64,000 nt of DNA from Calditrichia bacterium (GTDB lineage Bacteria; Calditrichota; Calditrichia; JAJRVZ01): contig CAVZSQ010000013.1 of the NCBI GenBank assembly GCA_963777955.1, positions 320,001 through 384,000 on the forward strand, written 5' to 3'. Position 1 is the first letter of the stretch, and each line of letters opens with the position of its first letter. The notes below the pieces were generated by a model. It saw only the letters and a program-made list of their open reading frames with translations, searched no databases and was not told where the DNA came from. Positions 11,249 to 21,159 of the stretch are shown here, one piece after another. The position numbers were made by a program, and so were the translations under genes.

Positions 11249-11848
11249 ATGTTGAAAAGCAAACTGACCATCGGAGTTTTCCTGCTGCTGCTTTTGCTGG
11301 GTACGGGTTTCGCACAGTCATCGGGTAAGATGGGGATCGGTGTGGCTATCATTGACTTTGAGACACTTTTTCAGATGGCCTTGTCCGAGGGCGCTGGCGG
11401 AACTGCAACCATCACCATTCCCTACATAATGTCACCCACTTTCAGACTCGAGCCCGAGTTTGGATATACCAGCGGAACTCAGAAATTGGATGGTATAGAG
11501 GGATATAACTGGGAAGCAACGACCAGCACCATGAATATTGGTATAGGTATCTTCCCGCAAAAAGTTTATGATACATTTACTCTCTATTATGGAGCCCGGG
11601 TCGGTTATCTGACTCAAAAACAAACCGAGGAAGAAACAGATACCGACGACTATGAAGTCACATCATCCGGTTTTTATATCGCTCCGGCGATCGGCGGAGA
11701 ACACAATTTTACCGAACACTTCAGTATCGGTGCCGAAGCCCAATTCGTCTATGCCTCCATGACCAGTGAAGAGAAAGGTGCGGATTACGAGATAAATTTG
11801 ACTCTGCTTAACACCCGGGCACTGGTATTTTTCAGATTCTATTTTTAA
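11249..11848 (+). CDS. Small outer-membrane beta-barrel protein (OmpA/OMP_b-brl-like)
   Basis: Signal peptide (GTGFA-Q), amphipathic strands, C-terminal FRFYF; GGGAGG RBS. Confidence 0.8.
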   Translation: MLKSKLTIGVFLLLLLLGTGFAQSSGKMGIGVAIIDFETLFQMALSEGAGGTATITIPYIMSPTFRLEPEFGYTSGTQKLDGIEGYNWEATTSTMNIGIGIFPQKVYDTFTLYYGARVGYLTQKQTEEETDTDDYEVTSSGFYIAPAIGGEHNFTEHFSIGAEAQFVYASMTSEEKGADYEINLTLLNTRALVFFRFYF

Positions 11849-11890
11849 TATTAGCTTGATTTAGTTTTCCAGAAGAATAACTGGATTATA

Positions 11891-11933
11891 AAAATAAGGA
11901 TCTATGTTCAAAACGTAGATCCTTATTTTTTTT
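11891..11933. terminator. Bidirectional intrinsic terminator
   Basis: AAAATAAGGATCTATG-loop-CGTAGATCCTTATTTTTTTT between convergent genes. Confidence 0.8.
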
Positions 11934-12006
11934 GCGTACTATGTTGTGATTAATTTTAGTTCAGTTCGCCGGTTAAATAATGATTTAATTCCCGCGTAAC
12001 AAATTT

Positions 12007-13417
12007 TCAAGGACCCAGATAAATCTCATCGGCCTGGGGATCGATCTTGAATTTTCGCTGCTTTAACTCTTCGGCATCCAGAGCAAACAACGGCGAAATC
12101 TCAATATTCTTTGTCTCTTTGTCTCTTTGTATCTTATAGCCCGCTTGTTCTAACCAATTGGCATACAACCCGACCAGACTCTGCCGGATTGTAACCGGTG
12201 ACTCTTCACCTTTTTCATTTTTTAAGGGACTGAATTCCTGCTGCCGCTGCACTTCCAGCGAAACAACTTTATTCAGCATCCAGCAGGGCATCAAAGATAA
12301 AGGTCTCAAATTTAACACCATTCTTTTCCCGGGGTTCAATTAACACCCCCTGTTCATCCAGATAGGGAATACTTTTCAAGGCAATATGATACGGTAATTT
12401 AAAACCACCTTTGTTCTCCCGTTCTACGAAATCGACACTGAGCATATGAATACCAATACTGCCGGCCCAGTATTTGAGACTGCCATCGGGTTCAAGAGCA
12501 TACATGTCTTCCTGATTCAAATCACTGTACTCCACCACACCTAAGCGGCCATCTATATAGCATACAACGCCGACCCTTTCTTCCGGACTGGATTTCCGCA
12601 CCACCTTGCAGGACATATCAGCCCGCTGCTGAACATGATAGCCGATGTAAACCGGATCGCAGATCTGCAGCAGGACATTATCAACCTGAAAATAGAAAAT
12701 ATGCTGAATCCCCCTTTTCCTCATATCGGCCAGGGCTCCACTCTGCCAGACTGCTTTTAACGATCCGCCATGGCCATTGGGATTCATAAAAATGTGATCC
12801 GGGGCATCCAGGATAAGTTTACCCTGACGATCAATAGCCGGAATCATATCCTGACTGAAAAAACAGATATCTTCAGAGCGGTAACCGAGGAACTCATTAT
12901 CCTGAAAATATTTTACAGTCTGATCATGATTGGTCTGGCTGGTCATAATATACCAGGGGATATTAACCTTATATTTTCTGTTCAGAGCCAGCAGTTTTTC
13001 GGCATGCAACTGGAACAGGCTTTTTTTCTTAACCGGCGTTACTGGAAATGTACCTTTGGGCTGGGCAAAACCCAGACGCGTACCCTGTCCGCCGGCTACC
13101 ACCAGGGCTGCTACCTTGCCCTGGCGCAGGATTGTTTCACCCAGACGACGAGCTGCTGCATCCCCTTTGTTCCGGTCGGCCAGAGTAATCACTGCAGCCG
13201 GTGTCAGGTTTTGTTTACCATGGGTATATTTTTCTGAATTTTGTCCGATTTCAATAAATTGCTCCAGTAAACCAGGATCAACCTCGCTTAGCTGTTTCAG
13301 CAAATTTTGCCGTCGGGTTTCATCCAGTTTTTCCCAGAATCTGAAAATGTGTCCCTGGCCGCTGGTAACAAGCCGGTCTATTTTAATCTGCAGAAGTTCA
13401 TCGTCGATCTTAATCAT
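12007..13417 (-). CDS. UDP-N-acetylglucosamine pyrophosphorylase-like (UDPGP type 1 family); frameshift ~12275
   Basis: AGGQGTRLG, PKG, PNGHGG, FQVDN, VVEYSD, KFETFIFDAL, then EFSPLKN in the next frame. Confidence 0.9.
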
Positions 13418-13439
13418 GATGAGTAATGATTCCTGTAAA

Positions 13440-13525
13440 TAAGGCCAAAGGTTAAAGGAAAAAGGGAAAAGGAAATCCTTTCACCATTAGCCTTTATCCT
13501 TTGACCTTTTCCCATATCCCTTGTT
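13440..13525. repeat. Inverted heptamer tandem array: 5x AAAGGNN then 7x CCTTTNN
   Basis: taaggcc aaaggtt aaaggaa aaaggga aaaggaa at cctttca ccattag cctttat cctttga ccttttc ccatatc ccttgtt. Confidence 0.8.
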
Positions 13526-13527
13526 TT

Positions 13528-13559
13528 CTCAGTGCCTCAGTGCCTCAGTGCCTTAGTGC
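13528..13559. repeat. Tandem octamer repeat (CTCAGTGC)x4
   Basis: ctcagtgc ctcagtgc ctcagtgc cttagtgc, directly after the cyclase stop codon. Confidence 0.85.
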
Positions 13560-13560
13560 C

Positions 13561-15711
13561 TTATTTCGTTCTCATCGTAAACACCCCATCCCAATCAGAT
13601 ATCGGCGGTTCAGCCGCATAAGCTTCACATCTTCTGATGTATTGTTTGGCCGGGCCATCCAGCGGTTCCAGACGTAAGACATCACGGAAATATTTAATGG
13701 CCATTTCCCAATTTTGGGACAGGTAATTCTCGAAGCCCAATTTAAACAAGCCGATCACCTGTTTGGTTTTATCAGAGATCCCTTTTTCGACTAAGCCCAT
13801 CAGTTCATAAACCCGCACCGGTTCAGTTTTGCCGATTACTCTGATCAAATCCAGTTCGCGGGCGACAATCAGATCCTTGGCCAGCAGATAAGTGTTTTCT
13901 CCGATCATGATCTTGGTGCCATACTGTTTATTGGCCGGCTCCAGCCGCGCGCCCAGATTCACCGAGTCCCCCATTACGGTATAATCAAAACGGACCTCTG
14001 CACCCATGTTACCGACCACCATGGGACCACTGTTGATTCCGCAGCGGGCGTGTAACTGCGGCCGCCCCTGTTTAGCCCATAATTCCCGCAATTTAAACAA
14101 CTGCTCCTGCATCTCCAGTGCCGTGGCACAGGCATTGAAGGCATGATTACCATGCGGCAGAGGTGCTCCAAATACAGCCATGATGGCATCACCCTCATAT
14201 TTATCCAGCATGCCGTTATATTTAAAGACGATATTGGTCATTTCGGTCAGGTATTCATTAAGCAGGCGCACCAGAGCTTCCGGCGTGAGTTGTTCCGCAA
14301 TCGTAGTGAATCCGACCACATCGCTGAAAAACACGGTGCATTCTTTTCGCTCACCACCCAACTTGATTTTTTCCGGATTAGCCAGTAATTCGTCTACCAC
14401 AGATTTGGTGACAAAGTGGGAGAATGTTTCCTTTATGAATTTCTTACCCCGTTCTTCAGTGATATAACGATAGATATAAACAGCACTGAAAGTTAATAAC
14501 AGGGTCAGGATGGGATTTACAACAGGCAGCCAGGTCAGGTTTTCATTAAATATATAATAAGCGAAAAACGTGTAGATCACACCCAGGGCAACGATAAGTG
14601 CAATACTCCATAACGGCGACAGGAAGACAGCGATGATGCCGATCAGCATACCTATCCCGGCGATTAGTATAAACGATTCCAGTGCGGAGAGCTGGCTGAC
14701 GAATTTTCCGGTCAAAAGGGTATTCAGAATATTAGCATTGACCTCCACTCCCGGAAAGGCGGGATTAAACGGTGCATTGCGCAAATCGAACAAACCCGGC
14801 AGAGAAGTTCCGATTAAAACGATCCTGTTCTGAAAATATTCTTTGGGCAGCCGGTGTTCCAGAACATCATAGAAAGGAATGTAACGGAATGTTTTAAACT
14901 GGCCGGAATAGGTGATCAGCATATTGCCCTGCTGATCGATAGGAACTTTTTTCAGTAAAGATCCGCCTGAATATAATCTCATCCACTTGCCCAATTCCAT
15001 TTTAATTGAGTCAATTCCCATAATATCCAGGTATATTTTAAAAGGCAGGGCAGGATAAGAATGGTAGTTAAAATTACGGAACAGATTAATTTTGCGAACC
15101 ACCCCGTCAACATCCCCCTGGATGTTGACATGACCCACCGCATGGCTGGCATTCAGCAGCTCGACAAATTCATTACCGATGCGGGCTTCCTGGCGGAATG
15201 CTTCGCTGATTGCTTCCGGAAAAATGTATGAAAATCTGGACCATTCGAAACCAGGCGGTTCCAGGGCCATACGGTAGCGCCAGCTGAGCGAGTCTTCATC
15301 TTCAAAATAGATCGAATTAAAAACATTCCCGGCCCTGCGTACAGCATCAACAAATTGCTGATTGGACTCAGGTTCACGAATGTCCTTATCGAAAATAATA
15401 TCCAGGCCTATGGCTGCCGTTCCGCCGGAATCCAAAAAATTAATAACCCGGGGATAATAGGATAGAGGCCATTGCTGGAATTTGCCAAGTTCAGAGATAC
15501 TGCGGCCATCAATATCGATGATGACAATATCTTCGATACTCTGAGATCGTACATCGGAAATACTCGAGGTAACCCGGCTATCATATGTTCTGGCTTCGAA
15601 AGAATAAAATAATCCCGGAAAAATGATATTGGCCAGCAGCCAGACCAATACAGCTGCGCTGAAACCCAGGACAGCTCCAGCTCCGATTTTACTCAATAAT
15701 TTACCTTTCAT
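13561..15711 (-). CDS. CHASE2-domain class III adenylate cyclase
   Basis: CHASE2 (IVIIDID, DVDGVVR, KIVLIG-like RIVLIG, PGVEVNAN) plus 3 TM; FFSDVVGFT, DKYEGDAIMA, DYTVMGDSVNLGARLE (Lys/Asp ATP-specifying residues). Confidence 0.93.
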   Translation of the reverse strand: MKGKLLSKIGAGAVLGFSAAVLVWLLANIIFPGLFYSFEARTYDSRVTSSISDVRSQSIEDIVIIDIDGRSISELGKFQQWPLSYYPRVINFLDSGGTAAIGLDIIFDKDIREPESNQQFVDAVRRAGNVFNSIYFEDEDSLSWRYRMALEPPGFEWSRFSYIFPEAISEAFRQEARIGNEFVELLNASHAVGHVNIQGDVDGVVRKINLFRNFNYHSYPALPFKIYLDIMGIDSIKMELGKWMRLYSGGSLLKKVPIDQQGNMLITYSGQFKTFRYIPFYDVLEHRLPKEYFQNRIVLIGTSLPGLFDLRNAPFNPAFPGVEVNANILNTLLTGKFVSQLSALESFILIAGIGMLIGIIAVFLSPLWSIALIVALGVIYTFFAYYIFNENLTWLPVVNPILTLLLTFSAVYIYRYITEERGKKFIKETFSHFVTKSVVDELLANPEKIKLGGERKECTVFFSDVVGFTTIAEQLTPEALVRLLNEYLTEMTNIVFKYNGMLDKYEGDAIMAVFGAPLPHGNHAFNACATALEMQEQLFKLRELWAKQGRPQLHARCGINSGPMVVGNMGAEVRFDYTVMGDSVNLGARLEPANKQYGTKIMIGENTYLLAKDLIVARELDLIRVIGKTEPVRVYELMGLVEKGISDKTKQVIGLFKLGFENYLSQNWEMAIKYFRDVLRLEPLDGPAKQYIRRCEAYAAEPPISDWDGVFTMRTK

Positions 15712-15729
15712 ATATCCTCCCAGTATAGA

Positions 15730-16878
15730 TTATTTTCTGATATATTTTTGGCAGAGGTTCACAATATGTTCCATTTCATTTTCAGTATTGTAAAAATGGG
15801 GCGAAAAGCGCAAGGCTTGATTGCGCAACGACAGATGAACTTGCTGGCTGGTCAGAAATTTAAACAATCCTTCAGTATTTACGGCTCCCGCGCTTCTGAA
15901 CGAATAGATCCCGGACCTTTCTGCAGGTATACTACTGCCAATATAAATCAAACCCAATTCGTTTAGCGATCCGATCAATTTATCTCCCAGCCGTAACAGG
16001 TGACTCTGGATTCTATGAGGATCAGTCTCGACCAGAATCCCGGTGGCGATGACGGCACCGACAATCCCTATAAAGTTAGGGGTGCCAATTTCATAACGCT
16101 GCGCATCATCCAGGAAATCCAGTTTGTAATTTAAAAAGTCCCAACTGTTTTTTACACTCAACCAGCCGGCAAATACGGGCTGTAAACGGGCATGAAGTGC
16201 AGGAGCGATATACATAAATCCGCAACCCTGCGGGGACATCAACCACTTATGTCCCCCGGCACATACGAAATCTATCCGGGCTTGCTGTACATCCAGAGGA
16301 ACGGCGCCGATGCCCTGAATACCGTCCACGGAAAAAACCAGGTTATGTTTTTTGCAGATATTACCGATCGTATACAGATCGTTGCGAAAACCTGTTAAGA
16401 ATTCGACAAAACTGATTGAAAGCAATTTCGTCCTGGGCGTAATTAATCGTTCTATGTCCGCAGGGTAGATCTTACCATCACGAACCGGGACAAAATCCAA
16501 TACTACTCCCAACCGTTGCAGGTTCATGAATGGATAAATATTGGCCGGGAATTCATCCTGTACCAGCAGGACGTGATCCCCTTTTTGCCATTTTAAACTG
16601 CCCGCCAGCCAGTTAAGACCTTCAGAGGTATTGGTAATAACGGCGATATAATCAGGATCGGCATGAATAAGTTCAGCCAGATTACTTTTTAATTTTGCCC
16701 GCTGTTCCAGAAATAATGAGAACAGGTCTATTTTCCCGATACTTAAATGCTGCAGCAGATCGGTGATGGCAGCGATCACGCTGGTCGATAGTGGCGATAC
16801 GGCTGCATGGTTGACATATACGCTGTCCTGCGTGATAGGAAAGATCTTTCTGTACTTTTCGAACATATCAGTTTGCAT
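15730..16878 (-). CDS. Class V PLP-dependent aminotransferase-fold enzyme
   Basis: YVNHAAVSP, NTSEGLN, VDGIQ, GGHKWL, RFSPHFYNT. Confidence 0.88.
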   Translation of the reverse strand: MQTDMFEKYRKIFPITQDSVYVNHAAVSPLSTSVIAAITDLLQHLSIGKIDLFSLFLEQRAKLKSNLAELIHADPDYIAVITNTSEGLNWLAGSLKWQKGDHVLLVQDEFPANIYPFMNLQRLGVVLDFVPVRDGKIYPADIERLITPRTKLLSISFVEFLTGFRNDLYTIGNICKKHNLVFSVDGIQGIGAVPLDVQQARIDFVCAGGHKWLMSPQGCGFMYIAPALHARLQPVFAGWLSVKNSWDFLNYKLDFLDDAQRYEIGTPNFIGIVGAVIATGILVETDPHRIQSHLLRLGDKLIGSLNELGLIYIGSSIPAERSGIYSFRSAGAVNTEGLFKFLTSQQVHLSLRNQALRFSPHFYNTENEMEHIVNLCQKYIRK

Positions 16879-17001
16879 TATGTGCAGTCGTAAATACCAT
16901 TTCCAGTATGATCTAGAAACTATTTTTTATAAATAATAAATGTGAGTCAACCTGAACCATAGTATAGTAAAGAAGGTAGCAAATATTTTCATAAAATACA
17001 A

Positions 17002-17373
17002 TCAACTCTGCTGCCAGAACGCTCCCTGGTAGTGTCTGATACCTGCCGGAAAACAGGTGAAGTCGATTACCATAACATCAAAACGGAGATTTTTCCCGCT
17101 CATTGCCGGAAAATAATCTAAAAATCTGTACGCAGCTCTGATCAGCATTATTTTTTTTCTGCCGGTAATGTGCTCTTCCCCCTGCCCAAAACGGTTCGTC
17201 CGGATACTTTTCACCTCAATTAAAATGAGCTCATCATGATCCATAGCAATGATATCGATCTCGGCTCTGCCAAGTCTGTAATTCCGTTTTAAGATCTTAT
17301 ACCCTTTTTGCCGCAGGTATTGCACCGCCAGATCTTCTCCGCTTTGTCCAAGACTCTGTCGATAAGTTTTCAT
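17002..17373 (-). CDS. yraN: YraN family (UPF0102) putative endonuclease
   Basis: LGQSGEDLA, GYKILKRNYR, EIDIIA, IEVK, RFDV. Confidence 0.9.
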   Translation of the reverse strand: MKTYRQSLGQSGEDLAVQYLRQKGYKILKRNYRLGRAEIDIIAMDHDELILIEVKSIRTNRFGQGEEHITGRKKIMLIRAAYRFLDYFPAMSGKNLRFDVMVIDFTCFPAGIRHYQGAFWQQS

Positions 17374-17444
17374 GACGATAAAATGATTAATAATTTATAT
17401 GCTCAGGCACCAAATCGAATGTGCAAATCGTATACCAATAAAGC

Positions 17445-17475
17445 CACCCTTAAGGTGCAAAGCACCTTAAGGGTG
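17445..17475. repeat. REP-like palindrome (13-5-13)
   Basis: CACCCTTAAGGTG-CAAAG-CACCTTAAGGGTG; same architecture at 59060. Confidence 0.7.
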
Positions 17476-17681
17476 GTTCTTGAGCATCCGCACACATTTG
17501 TGCGAATCTTTTATAGTATGAACAATGCAGAATTAGCTGCACATTAAAAATAATACCGGGTTCGGATTTCACCTGAGTATGTAGCGCAACCCCGGAAAAT
17601 TTTCCTAATTAATTGGAAAACCTGTAAATACATTAAATCTGATTCCATAAACTCTGACCGTTTTCTCCTCCTCATTTTTTC

Positions 17682-17697
17682 TGGCATGAAAATAGTA
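17682..17697 (+). promoter_or_regulatory. Possible sigma54 -24/-12 promoter
   Basis: TGGCATGAAAATAGTA about 30 bp before the ATG at 17726; -12 element is degenerate. Confidence 0.35.
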
Positions 17698-17725
17698 TGA
17701 TGAAGAAAAAAATACAGGAGGTAGT

Positions 17726-18961
17726 ATGAAAAATCTATTGTTATTACTTGTCGTGGTTTTGTTGGTCGTAGAGGTTCAGGGACAAAATGTTTTTATTAAT
17801 GAAATTCAAAGTAATGATGAGGGTACTGATGACGCGGAGTTTATTGAACTGATCGGGCCAAGCGGAACTGATCTTTCAGGCTGGGCTGTAACTCATTTCA
17901 ACGGCAGCGGTGCTACACCGGTATTTACATTTACTTTTCCTGATTGCACTAAAATTCCTGATGACGGCGTGAGGGATAAGAGCGGACAGCTGATCGGATT
18001 TATGGTTGTAAAACATAACGGGCATCTGGTTGCTAACGCTGATTTTGAATGGGGCACCCAGACTTTGCAGAATGGTCCGGATGGTCTGGAATTGCTGGAC
18101 AGTGAGGGTATACGACGCCAGGCCCTGTCCTGGAATGGTCTGGGTGACCTGACCGGTGGTGGAACACCTGCCTGGAGAAATATCGGAACAGATAATAATG
18201 ATGATCTCAGTTTATGCGCACCGGATGAGGTCGGGGAATCATTCCAGAGTAGTTGGACCAACGTGGATGCCACACCGGGTATGATCAATGGCAATCAGTT
18301 AGCGGGGGATATCAGTTTACCGGTTCTGCTTCTGTACTTCATCGCCAGGGGCGGGGATACCAGTGTTCATTTGCGCTGGGCTACCGGCGCTGAATTAAAT
18401 AACCTTGGCTTCATCATTGATCGGGCCCTGGAAAAAGATGGACCATACACGCAACTGGCCAGTTATGAGACTGCCTCCGAATTAAAGGGTGCCGGTAATT
18501 CATCATCACCCAGAAATTACAATTATTATGATTTGACTGTTTTCAACGGAGTGACTTATTACTACAAATTAAGTGATGTGGATATTAACGGAGTCCGGCA
18601 TGAACATGGCCCGGTTGAGGCCACGCCGGCGGCTGCAGTGACCGGACCGGAGATTGAAAAACCCGGCCCGCAAGAACCTGTATATTTCTTAAGACAGAAT
18701 TATCCCAATCCATTTAATCCACATACCTGTATTGAACTGGAACTTTCAAACAGCAGCGAGGACCCTGTCAATCTGACTGTCTATAATCTGGCCGGGCAAA
18801 AAGTCGCAGCTTTATATCAGGGCAAACTAGCCGGTACCTGTTTGCGGGTTGAATGGGATGGACAAAATGATTATGGCCAGCCGGTAGCCGGCGGAGTGTA
18901 TTTTTACGTTCTGAGAGCTCCCACATTTTATGCGGTGAATAAAATGATACTGCTGCGTTAG
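17726..18961 (+). CDS. Secreted lamin-tail-domain protein with FlgD-Ig/T9SS-type C-terminal domain
   Basis: VFINEI...EFIELIGP, LQNGPDG; SLPVLL...WATGAELNNLGF linker; QNYPNPFNP...KMILLR. Confidence 0.85.
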   Translation: MKNLLLLLVVVLLVVEVQGQNVFINEIQSNDEGTDDAEFIELIGPSGTDLSGWAVTHFNGSGATPVFTFTFPDCTKIPDDGVRDKSGQLIGFMVVKHNGHLVANADFEWGTQTLQNGPDGLELLDSEGIRRQALSWNGLGDLTGGGTPAWRNIGTDNNDDLSLCAPDEVGESFQSSWTNVDATPGMINGNQLAGDISLPVLLLYFIARGGDTSVHLRWATGAELNNLGFIIDRALEKDGPYTQLASYETASELKGAGNSSSPRNYNYYDLTVFNGVTYYYKLSDVDINGVRHEHGPVEATPAAAVTGPEIEKPGPQEPVYFLRQNYPNPFNPHTCIELELSNSSEDPVNLTVYNLAGQKVAALYQGKLAGTCLRVEWDGQNDYGQPVAGGVYFYVLRAPTFYAVNKMILLR

Positions 18962-18974
18962 TCTTAGCTGCAGG

Positions 18975-20891
18975 TTATCTGAGCAATACCATTTTCCTGG
19001 TTTGATCATGATCTTCGGCCAGCAACCTGTAAAAATAAACACCGCTGGGCAGGGAGCCTGCATTCCAGTTCTTAGTATGATTACCAGGCTCGAGCCGGTT
19101 TGATAACAATGTGGCAATCTCTTCGCCGGAAATATTATATATTTTAAGCGAAACAAGACTGGTTTTTTTAACTGAAAACATAATCGTGGTAGTAGGATTG
19201 AACGGATTCGGATAGTTTTGTTCCAGAACCGCCGTGGCAGGAATAAATCGTCCGGGTTGCTCGGTGAGCCCTGTTTGAGCGGAAATGGAAATCCTTAATC
19301 TACCCAGAATATCGGTCCCATCATTAGCAGTAGCCTGGGCATAAACAGTACCGCTTTTCTTGGCTGACAGTGCGCCTGAGGTGTTGATCAAGGCCCGTGC
19401 CGTATCCGAAACACTCCAGGTTACCGTTTGAATGGCAGCATTGGCCGGTGTTATCGTGACCAGCAGTTGTAAAGTATCACCGATCGCCACGGCAGTTGAT
19501 CCGCTGCTGCTGCTTACCGTTATGCCGGTCACCTTTATATATTCGCTAGAAGCGGAAGGAACACCGGATACATCAATAACAACAGGCGAATTAATTAAAT
19601 CCGGAGCAGTGTCCGGCACGGATATGGTGATGCACCCATTACTATCGGCATAACCTAATGTTGTTGTCGTATCATTCAGCAAATATATTTTGTCGATTGT
19701 ATTGGTCAGTGACGGTAGCAGCAACCGACCATTTGCCGGCCAGGTAAAAACATGAGCATAGAGTTTGCCTGCTTTTTTGGTATAAACACCCCAGCGGGGT
19801 TCGGTCGGGTAAGGACTCCGCGTTGTCCCATAAATACTTTCATTATAGATATTCATCCAGTTGCCAAAACTATTCAGGATGTCAACTGATTGGTTTGGTA
19901 CAGTTCCATCTCCTTTAGGGCCGATGTTCAGCAGGTAATTCCCATCGCGCGAGACAACCGTTACCAGTTGTTGAATCAAGGTTTTAGGTGTCTTGTAACC
20001 CAGATCCGAGGAATTGTAACCCCAGGAATTGTTCATGGTCTGGCAGGTTTCCCATTGCCTGGCCACTGGTGCGGCGGGTACCTGCTGCTCAGGGCACTCA
20101 AAATCTCCTAATCCAAAACTTCTGCAAACCCGCTCATTAATAATCAGCTCCGGGTCCAGGTCCACAAGATAATTATATAAATCAATTCCATCCGCCCTGG
20201 TCCACCAGGAAGAAAGTGTCGGTGATCCCGAATTGTAAGTCCAGTCTCCGTCAAACCACAACACAGCCGGGTGATATTTTGTAATCAACTCGCTCAATTG
20301 AGCTTTCATATCATCAATGTAACTTGTCCTGGCGGAGTCAGAGATCATATTTGAATAATACGTGGTGCGATTAATTTCCTGAGATGAATGATTCCAATCC
20401 AGGATAGAATAATACAGACAGAATTTAATACCGCGGACCTCGCAGGAATCCTTCAATTCCTGCAGAATGTCCCTGGTCTTAAAAGCTGTAAAATCGGGCA
20501 AATCGTACAACGTCGTTCCGCTGACATCCCTGAAACTCTGCACAGCGGTCGGCCACATGCAGAAACCTTCATGATGCTTGGCGGTAATGACCAGATATTT
20601 CATCCCGGCATTTTGCGCCAGCCCGGCTATAGTTCCGGCGTTAAAGCTTGTTGGGTTAAAATTCGCCGAAACCTGCGTCTGATAATTGGTTTTCGTCCAG
20701 CCTTCGACACTAAAAGCCCATTCGCCGTGTCCTAAATATGAATATGAGCCAAAATGAATAAACATCCCGAAACGGGCTTCATACCACCACTCCAGTTTAG
20801 GAGTGATATTATATTGGGCCATAGTTAGTGCGGCTGATATGAACAGGTAAATCAGAAGAACTATTGAAATAACCGTTCTATTTTTTTTCAT
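18975..20891 (-). CDS. Alpha-L-fucosidase (GH29) with Big_2 Ig domain and FlgD-Ig/T9SS-type C-terminal domain
   Basis: ARFGMFIHFG, TAKHHEGF, WFDG, WETCQTMNNSWGY, LLNIGPKGDG; VTGITV...VTWSVSD; QNYPNPFNP. Start taken at MKKNRT. Confidence 0.92.
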   Translation of the reverse strand: MKKNRTVISIVLLIYLFISAALTMAQYNITPKLEWWYEARFGMFIHFGSYSYLGHGEWAFSVEGWTKTNYQTQVSANFNPTSFNAGTIAGLAQNAGMKYLVITAKHHEGFCMWPTAVQSFRDVSGTTLYDLPDFTAFKTRDILQELKDSCEVRGIKFCLYYSILDWNHSSQEINRTTYYSNMISDSARTSYIDDMKAQLSELITKYHPAVLWFDGDWTYNSGSPTLSSWWTRADGIDLYNYLVDLDPELIINERVCRSFGLGDFECPEQQVPAAPVARQWETCQTMNNSWGYNSSDLGYKTPKTLIQQLVTVVSRDGNYLLNIGPKGDGTVPNQSVDILNSFGNWMNIYNESIYGTTRSPYPTEPRWGVYTKKAGKLYAHVFTWPANGRLLLPSLTNTIDKIYLLNDTTTTLGYADSNGCITISVPDTAPDLINSPVVIDVSGVPSASSEYIKVTGITVSSSSGSTAVAIGDTLQLLVTITPANAAIQTVTWSVSDTARALINTSGALSAKKSGTVYAQATANDGTDILGRLRISISAQTGLTEQPGRFIPATAVLEQNYPNPFNPTTTIMFSVKKTSLVSLKIYNISGEEIATLLSNRLEPGNHTKNWNAGSLPSGVYFYRLLAEDHDQTRKMVLLR

Positions 20892-21041
20892 AAGGGTACC
20901 TTGCTTCCACATATAATGGCAATAATCCGGAGAATAATTCAAACGGGACTTTTATAATATAAGTTAATATAAAATGAGATGTTTGAAAATGGAAATATCT
21001 CGGATTTCCAAAAGCAGAATTAATCAGGATTTTTCATAATA

Positions 21042-21103
21042 ACAAAGGAGACCTGCTTCAATCACCGCGTATGGTGATCGCAGCTCAGCAGGTCTCCATT
21101 TGT
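21042..21103 (-). terminator. Intrinsic terminator-like hairpin after glnA, with nested inner hairpin
   Basis: GGAGACCTGCT...AGCAGGTCTCC enclosing ATCACC-GCGTAT-GGTGAT; T-rich tail on the minus strand. Confidence 0.65.
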
Positions 21104-21159
21104 ACTCCCTTAATCGTTGCTTAGCCGGGATCGATCATTTATATCAAATGATCCGGAAA

